IMG/VR virus record: IMGVR_UViG_3300009082_000017
Location: 32,001-96,000 of that record
Length of the DNA stretch: 64,000 bases
Reading direction: 5' to 3' (one strand)
Source: a virus
Shown here: positions 31,092-39,271 of the stretch, one piece after another
Position numbering within the stretch: the stretch's first letter is position 1
Layout: each line of letters starts with the position of its first letter
Notes under the pieces: generated by a model
Told to the model about the DNA's origin: nothing
The model's input: the letters and a program-made list of their open reading frames with translations, nothing else
The model's database searches: none
Position numbers and translations under genes: made by a program

Positions 31092-31328
31092 ATGAAAAAA
31101 TCATACGAATTTTGGCTCCTACCCTATAACGAATTTCACCAAACGCCTGAACAACCCTATTCAGGTATAACAGGAACACTTAACACGGTCAAGAATTGGT
31201 GCGAGGAGTTATTCTGGACTAACCATAACGCAACCGCTATTCAATATAAATCGGTTGGTGGTAGAATTACTCATACAATGGAACGTGGGGACTTGCCTAG
31301 TTTTTATAAACCTGGACAAAAGGTTTAA
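31092..31328 (+). CDS. Hypothetical protein
   Basis: SD AAGGA. Confidence 0.65.
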   Translation: MKKSYEFWLLPYNEFHQTPEQPYSGITGTLNTVKNWCEELFWTNHNATAIQYKSVGGRITHTMERGDLPSFYKPGQKV

Positions 31329-31331
31329 TTT

Positions 31332-31565
31332 ATGAAACTACTTCGCAGGCTTGAATGCTTAAAATATCAACTCCACTACACCCTATCAAAACATAAAACT
31401 TATATTTGTGACGAATGTAAACAATCACATATAACAGCAAGTGACAGGATTATCCTCAACGAAAAATTATGTATCTTTGTTGGTGGTGAATGTGGAAGAA
31501 AAGTAATCCAACAAGCAAAAGAAATTTTGAGAAATGGTGTAATTGATCAATTGACAAAGATGTAA
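31332..31565 (+). CDS. Hypothetical protein
   Basis: CDEC...C; ends at site 31570. Confidence 0.6.
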   Translation: MKLLRRLECLKYQLHYTLSKHKTYICDECKQSHITASDRIILNEKLCIFVGGECGRKVIQQAKEILRNGVIDQLTKM

Positions 31566-31632
31566 TCCCCATGAAACTTTTCTTTCATGGTGTAGATAGA
31601 ACAGAAATTCTATAACAGACAATAACAGGAGG

Positions 31633-31854
31633 ATGACTATGAATAAACAAAAATTTACAATCGAATTTGACGAACATCCAGGCGGTCTTTGGGCTAGAAT
31701 CAATGGTAAACGATATCTTATATGCCAAACTAGCGGTGAATTTGTTGCAGATAACGGTTGTGCTATTAGTGATTTTTATTGGGAAGACCCTAGTAAAAAT
31801 CCAGAAATTGTAAAAGATATTTTTCAGGCCATCGCTAATAAATTTGGTGCTTGA
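31633..31854 (+). CDS. Hypothetical protein
   Basis: SD AGGAGG (start may be 31639). Confidence 0.65.
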   Translation: MTMNKQKFTIEFDEHPGGLWARINGKRYLICQTSGEFVADNGCAISDFYWEDPSKNPEIVKDIFQAIANKFGA

Positions 31855-31879
31855 CATTACTTAACAGTCGTGCTATTAT
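31851..31879 (+). promoter_or_regulatory. sigma70 promoter
   Basis: TTGACA-17-TATTAT, TG extended. Confidence 0.65.
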
Positions 31880-31902
31880 GAATAACGAAAGGAGATATAA
31901 AA

Positions 31903-32280
31903 ATGAATAAAGAATATCACTTGGTCTTATATGCAAAAGGCTGGTATCAAAAATCAGATAATAAAATCAATGACCTAAAGGTTATTTGTGGCAATATTGC
32001 AAGTTATGATGCGGAATATGTATCAGAAAAAGATATTGTTTATTGGTTGCAGGATTGCACAAAAACATGGTTTGCTAAAAATCCTCAACGTTTTTATGAT
32101 CTTATTGAATCATGGAGAAAAGGCGAAAACATTATTGACTCATTCCTTTCATTCATTAGAATTATGCCTGTTGATGCCTTTGAATTTGAAATTGGTAATC
32201 CTGATGAAAATATTCTACCATTACATAAGCACACAATGATTGATTCTAATATGAAAGTCGTTGAACAAAAATCAGTTTAA
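31903..32280 (+). CDS. Hypothetical protein
   Basis: SD AAGGAG. Confidence 0.7.
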   Translation: MNKEYHLVLYAKGWYQKSDNKINDLKVICGNIASYDAEYVSEKDIVYWLQDCTKTWFAKNPQRFYDLIESWRKGENIIDSFLSFIRIMPVDAFEFEIGNPDENILPLHKHTMIDSNMKVVEQKSV

Positions 32281-32301
32281 TGAATAAGAAAGGATAACCC
32301 T

Positions 32302-32526
32302 ATGAATAACAAAACCGAACAAGAACAATTTCTCAAAGATTTAACCCAAAACATTCTGGATGATATTCTTGGTCACTTATCAGATGGCGATATCCCCGAA
32401 AATTGGGATGGTATTGAACTCCGGTGGTTGTTGGCTGAAAAGTTTGCAGACTCCGCTAGTCTTGGAGACAAGGCAACAAAACGTTGGAAGGATTATAAAA
32501 ATTGGATGTTAATTAATAACCTATAA
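32302..32526 (+). CDS. Hypothetical protein
   Basis: IPENWDGIELR; SD. Confidence 0.7.
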   Translation: MNNKTEQEQFLKDLTQNILDDILGHLSDGDIPENWDGIELRWLLAEKFADSASLGDKATKRWKDYKNWMLINNL

Positions 32527-32543
32527 CAGAAAGGACTAATAAT

Positions 32544-32747
32544 ATGAAGGTTGAACTTTGGCAAACAACAGATGAAGACGGTCATTATGAAACCGAAGCA
32601 GTCTATACTAACGTTGAATCTTTTACCGTTGAAGTAGGTACAACAGAAAAATATTTTAGTCTTCACATAACAGAAAAAGATGGAGCGATACGGACTTGTG
32701 GAAATTTTAATGTGGAGTGGCAAAAAGTTGTAGTATCACCAGATTGA
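32544..32747 (+). CDS. Hypothetical protein
   Basis: SD AAGGA. Confidence 0.65.
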   Translation: MKVELWQTTDEDGHYETEAVYTNVESFTVEVGTTEKYFSLHITEKDGAIRTCGNFNVEWQKVVVSPD

Positions 32748-32815
32748 CCACACCAATAAAACATCTATTTCATGGCACTTAACAGATAATCATATTTAAA
32801 TAAAAGGAGAAAATA

Positions 32816-33439
32816 ATGCACACACATGCAGAGATTTACTTGGAAAGCAACGAAAATTGGCAAGAACAGGTCGAAGATATTTTGTCACAGTATGATGCAA
32901 ATTTAGAAATTCAAGAAGAAAAAGATGAAGATGGCAACCTTTATTGGTGCAACCCTAACGGAATTTTTGATTGGTATGAAATTGGTGGTAGATGGACTGG
33001 ATCACATGGCAATTATAATCCTGAAGAAGATATTAGGAATTATGAGAAGTGTAGACTTTGTGATGGTACAGGATTACGCAATGATGAAATTGGACTAAAA
33101 CACAGACAAGAAAATCCTGATTACAAATGTAACGGATGCTATCATTATAACAGAGATACCGGAGTGGATGAGCCAGGATTCTTTGGTGTCGGAATGGCCT
33201 TGAAGTGGCCTACTGATTGGTTCAATCATGAAAGTAATATTATTCCGATTGAAGAAATTGACGAAAAATTAGATTGTGGCACTATCTTTTTCAATGGTGA
33301 TTATTGGGAAAATGAAGAATGGGATTATGACAATAAAAAATTCAAACCAAACAAAGATTTTAACGGAAACGTAAAAGAATTTTTAACTAAAAATAATATT
33401 ACTACCGGCTTTTTGGTAACAGTTGATTATCACTGGTAG
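32816..33439 (+). CDS. Phage protein with inserted CxxCxGxG Zn finger
   Basis: NPNGIFDWYEIGGRW, CRLCDGTG, CNGC, LVTVDYH; bounded by sites 32755 and 33445. Confidence 0.75.
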   Translation: MHTHAEIYLESNENWQEQVEDILSQYDANLEIQEEKDEDGNLYWCNPNGIFDWYEIGGRWTGSHGNYNPEEDIRNYEKCRLCDGTGLRNDEIGLKHRQENPDYKCNGCYHYNRDTGVDEPGFFGVGMALKWPTDWFNHESNIIPIEEIDEKLDCGTIFFNGDYWENEEWDYDNKKFKPNKDFNGNVKEFLTKNNITTGFLVTVDYHW

Positions 33440-33492
33440 TACCCCATGAAATTTCCATTTCATTAGACTATATAACAGAAGGAGACAAATAG

Positions 33493-34047
33493 ATGAGCGA
33501 AGAAATGATTTTACGAAAAGAAATGTGTGGTTCACACCTTATTCAAAGAATTGAAAAGCCTTATGGTGTTCCTAGTGATATTGACTTTTCTAACACTATA
33601 TCAGTTGATGGGTTATCAACGGAAGCAAAAACAATATTAAAAACTATTTATCGTTTTGATTATATGGGATCGGCAGAATTTGAATTTGGTGCAATCCCAA
33701 CCGCTTTTAGATTTATGGCAAAACAAGCGCACGCTAAGAACCTTGTTGCTGGAAGTGTAGGAAATGTTTATTATATTACTCCTAAACCTTATGAGCAAGA
33801 AGTAAAGGTACGCATTGAAAGACTGAGACAAGATGAATATAGTTTTAGATTAAAAGAATGGTGTGGACTAAAAGACGCTTTACTTCCAACAAAAGAATCT
33901 TTTGGCAGTAAGTCTATTGGATGGTTTGAAATTGATAATGGTTTTATGTTTTTCGTTGATAAAGAAATGTTTGAAAATAGTTGTAATTTATTTGGGATTA
34001 AAGTAAAACAATTACCCCATGAAACAGCAATTTCATTGATTTTTTAA
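33493..34047 (+). CDS. Phage hypothetical protein
   Basis: FDYMGSAEFEFGAIP; reads through site 34018. Confidence 0.75.
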   Translation: MSEEMILRKEMCGSHLIQRIEKPYGVPSDIDFSNTISVDGLSTEAKTILKTIYRFDYMGSAEFEFGAIPTAFRFMAKQAHAKNLVAGSVGNVYYITPKPYEQEVKVRIERLRQDEYSFRLKEWCGLKDALLPTKESFGSKSIGWFEIDNGFMFFVDKEMFENSCNLFGIKVKQLPHETAISLIF

Positions 34048-34294
34048 AAGGAGATTACAATGGAAGAAAAAGGCGATTGGTCACAAACTGATATAACCAA
34101 AGTCACAGATGATACATTAGACTTATGGAAAAGAATGCTAGATAAAGCCAGAGGCGACGATCCAGATTGTAAATTTGGTCTAATTCCTTTTAGTAGATAT
34201 GAAGTTTATCAAGAATTATTACGCAGAATTTAAAACTCCCTATTGACTTTAATAAAATGTCGTGCAATAATATATATTAGAAAGGAAAATAAAA

Positions 34295-34549
34295 ATGAGA
34301 ATCAATAAGCACACAGAAAAATTAAAAGCTGGTGATAAAATTACTACTGATTTTTTTGAGGGTGAAGAAAGTGTAGTAAGAACAATTATTTGGATTGAAG
34401 ATAATGCAAGGATGGGATCAGGCAGAGAAGTATTTTTCGATGGAGGTAATGAATGTCCTTGTTGTCATAGACTTCTTGGAACACCATTATCTGAACATGT
34501 AAGAGTCGGTGGCATTGATGCGGCTTGGGCTATTGCCATGAAACAATGA
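34295..34549 (+). CDS. Hypothetical protein
   Basis: SD; stop lies inside site 34537. Confidence 0.65.
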   Translation: MRINKHTEKLKAGDKITTDFFEGEESVVRTIIWIEDNARMGSGREVFFDGGNECPCCHRLLGTPLSEHVRVGGIDAAWAIAMKQ

Positions 34550-34571
34550 TTTCATTGAAAGGAAATGAATT

Positions 34572-34781
34572 ATGGCACTACGAATAAGACAAAATGGTAG
34601 AATCTTTTGTGCCGCTATTTGTCCAGCAGAGGATGGTGATACATATATCAATGACGATCTACACTATGAGATGTCAGTTATACACCGTGTAATCGTTACA
34701 GAGCCATCAGAAAGACATTTACTTCATGGTGAATGGTGGTGGGCAAATAATGTTCCAAAAGGGATTGTGATTGAACATTAG
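34572..34781 (+). CDS. Hypothetical protein
   Basis: SD AAGGA. Confidence 0.65.
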   Translation: MALRIRQNGRIFCAAICPAEDGDTYINDDLHYEMSVIHRVIVTEPSERHLLHGEWWWANNVPKGIVIEH

Positions 34782-34816
34782 AATTGGATTAGAATTCTTA
34801 AATTAACTGAAAATGC

Positions 34817-34845
34817 TTGACTTTTCAATTTTATAACTGTATAAT
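34817..34845 (+). promoter_or_regulatory. sigma70 promoter
   Basis: TTGACT-17-TATAAT. Confidence 0.7.
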
Positions 34846-35058
34846 ATTACTATAACGAATAAAGAAAAGGAGATAATATTATGAAACAAACTTTAGTAAA
34901 TGTTACAGTAAGACTCGTGATCAATCATGATACTGATCTTGATGAAATTATTGACAATATGGATTATGACTTTTCAAATAAATTTATCACTGGGGCGGAA
35001 ATTGTAGATACTGAAATTTTAGACTATGAAGTTATTAATCCAGAAGAAGAGGAATAAC

Positions 35059-35295
35059 ATGAAAAAATATAGTAAAAAAGACACTATTATTATTACAGTG
35101 GATCAGGGATTAATTACAGAATTATTTTATGCCCCCAAAAGCATTAAGAATGTATTACAAATTGATTATAATGAAATTATGGAAAATCCAGAGGCTTATT
35201 GCCCCTCTTGCGAAGAAAGAGTAAAATGGACTGACGATTTGATTTGTCCTAATTGTGGATTTGATGCGATGGAACTTGAAAACAACTTAAAGTAA
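35059..35295 (+). CDS. Zn-ribbon protein
   Basis: CPSC...CPNC; start moved to ATG 35059. Confidence 0.65.
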   Translation: MKKYSKKDTIIITVDQGLITELFYAPKSIKNVLQIDYNEIMENPEAYCPSCEERVKWTDDLICPNCGFDAMELENNLK

Positions 35296-35343
35296 CAACC
35301 ACATGAAATACAATTTTCATGGCAATGAAAGGACATAAATAAA

Positions 35344-35544
35344 ATGAGAAGAAGATTGCCCAAAAACACTAAAATTGTTATTAGAAAAACTCAAATTAGG
35401 AGTTCTCAATTATGTCACAAATGTAATTCTAATATTGAAAAATTAAGCGAAGTGATCCTAGTCAGTAATGGTCGTGGTCAAAATAGAAAGTATTATCATC
35501 TTAAGTGTGCAGAATTAGAAGGGATTAAAAATGACAGAGAATGA
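35344..35544 (+). CDS. Small Zn-finger protein
   Basis: CHKC...YHLKC. Confidence 0.6.
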   Translation: MRRRLPKNTKIVIRKTQIRSSQLCHKCNSNIEKLSEVILVSNGRGQNRKYYHLKCAELEGIKNDRE

Positions 35545-35717
35545 AGAAGATAAATTAATGGTGGTATTAGAACATTTTTTATCGTTGCATGAAGCCGATG
35601 AAATTTACAATGCAATATTTGATATAACAGTTGACGAAAAACAGTTGAGTGCGATTCTGGATAGTTATAAAGAACCATGAAATTCTACTTTCATTGGAAA
35701 ACAAAAAGGAGATAATA

Positions 35718-35933
35718 ATGGAACTAAAAATTAACGCTGATAGATGGAATAATCGTGATATGGAAAGCGTAACTGGAATTTATATTCGTGCTATGACCCC
35801 TGACGGAAAATGGGATAACGCCGATCTTGCTCAACTTGATAGGGATTCTATTATTGAGTGGACTAAAACCAGAGAAAATGGCGCATTGAACACTTTACTA
35901 ATTTTGCTCGGATACGATCAAGTAACAAACTAA
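35718..35933 (+). CDS. Hypothetical protein
   Basis: SD AAGGAG; bounded by sites 35676 and 35937. Confidence 0.7.
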   Translation: MELKINADRWNNRDMESVTGIYIRAMTPDGKWDNADLAQLDRDSIIEWTKTRENGALNTLLILLGYDQVTN

Positions 35934-35971
35934 ACCCATGAAATGTAACTTTCATTAGAAAGGAGAATAAA

Positions 35972-36187
35972 ATGAAATTTTTAAACAAATACGAAATAGA
36001 ACACGCTGGCAATTACATTTATTGGAGACCAGATTGGATAAAAGGAAGTCCAGTTTATGTTACTGGTCATCAAGCGAATTTTGATGTGCATTTTGACAAA
36101 AATACTTATCCTACTTTATTAAGAGATGTTCCTGAAGATGCAATATTTATGAGATTACATTCTTCTAATGTTTTCCCTGAACTATAA
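35972..36187 (+). CDS. Hypothetical protein
   Basis: SD AAGGAG. Confidence 0.7.
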   Translation: MKFLNKYEIEHAGNYIYWRPDWIKGSPVYVTGHQANFDVHFDKNTYPTLLRDVPEDAIFMRLHSSNVFPEL

Positions 36188-36205
36188 CAGAAAGGACACT
36201 CAACA

Positions 36206-36430
36206 ATGACCTGCAAACAAAAGAATCTACTCGAACACTACTTTTATCAAATACTCACTCGTCAAGGTATTGCTCCAAAGTTTTCTTTTATCCATAGCAA
36301 ATATAAAGACGATGGTTCAGAACTTATTCAAACCATTGTAACAAAAGATAATAAACCTGTGGCAGTATTTGATAGGGTTTATATTGACTCAAAAGGTTAT
36401 GTGCTTAATTATGAAATGATGTTGGCTTAA
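36206..36430 (+). CDS. Hypothetical protein
   Basis: SD AAGGA. Confidence 0.65.
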   Translation: MTCKQKNLLEHYFYQILTRQGIAPKFSFIHSKYKDDGSELIQTIVTKDNKPVAVFDRVYIDSKGYVLNYEMMLA

Positions 36431-36447
36431 CAGAAAGGACTATAACA

Positions 36448-36816
36448 ATGAAACTCAACATTAACCCTAAAACTAACCCTGATCTCTTAGGTGAAACCCT
36501 ACGTGATGAATTTTTCAAACAAGAACTCAAACATACTAGATATGGTGATTACCGTCAATTAGGGTGCTATGATACATTTGAACTCAAAGACGATGTAACA
36601 CCACTGCCTGACGAGTTGCTAGACGAAGGATATCCTGAAGATGGTTCGTACCATGTATTCAAGAAAGTGGTGAATGGTCAAGAAATTATTATGAAATATT
36701 TTTGGGATGGAGATGGTGAATTGGAGTTTTTCTTCAAAGGTGGTATGATTAGTAATGATGATTGCAAAAAGACTTATGGCTGGACGTTTTATGATGAAAA
36801 GCCGATTGAGTATTAA
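36448..36816 (+). CDS. Hypothetical protein
   Basis: SD AAGGA. Confidence 0.7.
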   Translation: MKLNINPKTNPDLLGETLRDEFFKQELKHTRYGDYRQLGCYDTFELKDDVTPLPDELLDEGYPEDGSYHVFKKVVNGQEIIMKYFWDGDGELEFFFKGGMISNDDCKKTYGWTFYDEKPIEY

Positions 36817-37036
36817 CAGAAAGGGAAAAATAAAATGAGATGTAAACATCCAACCAAAGAAATTTTTAGTAGATGGGTAGATATGAATGGGCGTTCAATC
36901 AACTTCAGCGCCGGTATAGGAGAAGTCAAGAAAGAATATACTTGCCTAGCTTGTGGTAAAGTCGTAAGAAAGCCCAAATCAGAATAACAGTCAACGAAAT
37001 ACCACTTTCATGTGGTTAACAGAAAAGGAGAATAGA

Positions 37037-37192
37037 ATGACAACTTATACAGTTTCGTTTGTAAAAGATGCTTATGTAACAGTAGAAGCAGATAGTGTGG
37101 AAGAGGCGGAAGAATTGGCAACGAAAGAAGTCAATGATCGTGGAGTTGATTGTGAAAGTAAATGGCAATTAGATGAAGTTATTGATGAGTAA
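37037..37192 (+). CDS. Small acidic protein
   Basis: VEADSVEEAEELA motif; bounded by sites 36993 and 37198. Confidence 0.65.
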   Translation: MTTYTVSFVKDAYVTVEADSVEEAEELATKEVNDRGVDCESKWQLDEVIDE

Positions 37193-37219
37193 CACTCAAT
37201 AAAATTTATATTTCATGGT

Positions 37220-37324
37220 GAAGTAAACCCAAACATCTATTATAAATAGATCAGGGTCTAGAGATTGCGATTTACAATCAGTTTGAATAAATTCAAACAA
37301 AGGAGTGAAATTGCTCCAATAAAT
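37220..37324 (+). ncRNA. Orphan omegaRNA-like scaffold, paralogous to the tnpB 3' end
   Basis: Three blocks align with 38493-38607, with compensatory base-pair changes in two hairpins. Confidence 0.6.
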
Positions 37325-37363
37325 TATATCATTCATGGGAAAAATAAAAAGAAAGGAGGTCAA

Positions 37364-38575
37364 TTGATTGTTAATCGCATTGAAAAACATTGCATTAAAA
37401 GGAACACTCCATTATGGAAAGTTATAGATCAAAAATGTTGGGAAGCCAAAAGTTTATATAATTGTGCTAATTATATTATCACACAAGAATTTAAATCTAC
37501 TGGAAAGTGGATTAGATATTATAGTCTTGACAATATGATGCAAAGTACTTTACAATACAAACGATTAGGTTCTCAGGCTGCGCAGAACACATTGGTTTTA
37601 CTTGATAGAGACTGGCGTTCATTTTTTAAAGGAATCAAACAATGGTCTAAAAAGAAAGGAGAAGGATTTTTTGGTAAACCAGAAATGCCTTTCTATAAAA
37701 AGAAAAATGGTAGAAGTGTTTTAATGATAAAAAATATTCAATGTAGAATAGAAGGGAATAAACTTATTTTTTCTTGGCTACCATTAAGAAAATTTAGTGG
37801 TATTCCCACAAAAGCAACAGGAAAATTAATGCAAGTGCGTTTTGTTCCAAAAGGATCATGTTATTATATGGAGATAGTTTATCAAATAAACATTCCTGAC
37901 CAAAAGAAATTTAATAATCGCATTGCAGGAATAGATTTAGGCGTTAATAATTTTGCCACTATTGTAAACAATATCGGTCTTAGACCAATTTTTGTTAAGG
38001 GTAATATTATTAAATCTATGAATCAGTATTATAATAAAGAACGTGCTGAAATATCTAGATCAACTGGAATGGTCTGGAATAATAGAATGAGGAGATTAAC
38101 AGATAAACATTTGAAAAAATTAGATACTTACACCCATACAGTTAGCAAAAGAATTATAGAATATTGTTTAGAAAATAATATAGATACACTTATTGTTGGG
38201 CTTACTAAAGAATGGAAGGATGGAATTAATCTAGGACACGTTAATAATCAAAATTTTGTATGTATTCCTTATGATAAATTTATTCTTCAGTTACAATATA
38301 AATGTGAAAACATTGGAATAAGATTTATTATGAATGAAGAAAACTTTACATCTGGTACAAGTTTTCTTGATAATGAATTACCTATTGAGGAAAACTATAA
38401 TATTAAGCGTAGGATTAAAAGAGGTTTATTTAAATCTAACAATGGCGCAGTTATTAATTCCGATGTTAATGGTGCATATCAAATTGTTAAGAAAGTATAC
38501 CCAAACGCTTTTACAGAAATGTTTAGCAGAGGGATTAGAGGGTGTGATTTACACCCAATTAAGCTAGTAATCTAG
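37364..38575 (+). CDS. tnpB: TnpB RNA-guided endonuclease (IS200/IS605-IS607 superfamily), no tnpA nearby
   Basis: N-terminal AKSLYNCANY, RuvC-I GIDLGVNN, LIVG (G at the usual RuvC-II E) with downstream EENFTS, RuvC-III INSDVNGAYQI. SD AAAGGAGG before TTG 37364 or ATT 37367. Confidence 0.9.
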   Translation: MIVNRIEKHCIKRNTPLWKVIDQKCWEAKSLYNCANYIITQEFKSTGKWIRYYSLDNMMQSTLQYKRLGSQAAQNTLVLLDRDWRSFFKGIKQWSKKKGEGFFGKPEMPFYKKKNGRSVLMIKNIQCRIEGNKLIFSWLPLRKFSGIPTKATGKLMQVRFVPKGSCYYMEIVYQINIPDQKKFNNRIAGIDLGVNNFATIVNNIGLRPIFVKGNIIKSMNQYYNKERAEISRSTGMVWNNRMRRLTDKHLKKLDTYTHTVSKRIIEYCLENNIDTLIVGLTKEWKDGINLGHVNNQNFVCIPYDKFILQLQYKCENIGIRFIMNEENFTSGTSFLDNELPIEENYNIKRRIKRGLFKSNNGAVINSDVNGAYQIVKKVYPNAFTEMFSRGIRGCDLHPIKLVI

Positions 38576-38607
38576 ATAATAAAGAAGTGATTTTTTGCTT
38601 CGTAAAT
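38493..38607 (+). ncRNA. Predicted omegaRNA scaffold overlapping the tnpB 3' end
   Basis: Usual position for TnpB omegaRNA; hairpins GGGTGT/ACACCC, CTAG/CTAG, GAAG/CTTC. The 5' limit given is only the start of the homology block. Confidence 0.55.
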
Positions 38608-38664
38608 TCTTCGTTTTATGAAAAATAATAAAAAGGAAATAATTATGAAAGCTATATTAACCTT

Positions 38665-39072
38665 ATGAATGACCTTACAAGATATGTAAACATAAACGAT
38701 ACCTATATCCATTGCGCCAAATACCTATCCCCACAAACAACCCTGGTATGGTTATGTTTGAATACCTATTGGTTCAATAAGAAGGATAAGGGTGAACGCA
38801 TCAATGATTATGTCAAACCGTCTATAAACAGCATTGTAGCCGGTACTGGGCTATCTAAAAACACTATCAGGAAGTGTATCAAAGAATTAAATATATTAGG
38901 GTTTATCTCTAAAATTGAAAAAATATATGATAAAGAGACTGGAATGAATAGATCAAATCTTTATTATATGGACGAAAACCCTGAAAACCTTATTGAAAAC
39001 ATGGTAAAATTGAAGGAATTTAGAAGTGTAAAACGGTCAAAAGATACAATAAGTGAGGATGGATTTGACTAA
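38665..39072 (+). CDS. Winged-HTH protein (HTH_36/replication-initiator-like N-terminus)
   Basis: PSINSIVAGTGLSKNTIRKCIKELNILGFI...NRSNLYY. Confidence 0.75.
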   Translation: MNDLTRYVNINDTYIHCAKYLSPQTTLVWLCLNTYWFNKKDKGERINDYVKPSINSIVAGTGLSKNTIRKCIKELNILGFISKIEKIYDKETGMNRSNLYYMDENPENLIENMVKLKEFRSVKRSKDTISEDGFD

Positions 39073-39082
39073 AAAATCTTGT

Positions 39083-39142
39083 CTAAACTCACTATTTGAC
39101 CCACCTAGTTCAAATAGTGAGTTTAGGTAGTTCAAATAGTGA
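39083..39142. repeat. 17-bp inverted repeat plus 15-bp direct repeat (iteron-like)
   Basis: CTAAACTCACTATTTGA/TCAAATAGTGAGTTTAG; TAGTTCAAATAGTGA at 39106 and 39128. Confidence 0.75.
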
Positions 39143-39232
39143 AGGAGGGGTGGTTCACGGTTTGAACCCGAATAATTACTAAGTATTAATAACTACTAAG
39201 TAGTTAAATAAATACTAATAAATAATCAATCA

Positions 39233-39271
39233 AAATCAAAAAGGCAAAAACCAAGAGCGCCTTTTTGATTT
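39233..39271. terminator. 13-bp hairpin
   Basis: AAATCAAAAAGGC-aaaaaccaagagc-GCCTTTTTGATTT. Confidence 0.55.

Noticed and set aside
37265-37363. N-terminal 33 codons of the 436-aa tnpB ORF
   Set aside because: They run through the RNA-like module and site 37318. The strong SD lies at 37351-37360, so the start is 37364 or 37367.
37364-38620. Complete IS200/IS605 or IS607 element
   Set aside because: No Y1 or serine transposase nearby, and I could not identify a left-end hairpin.
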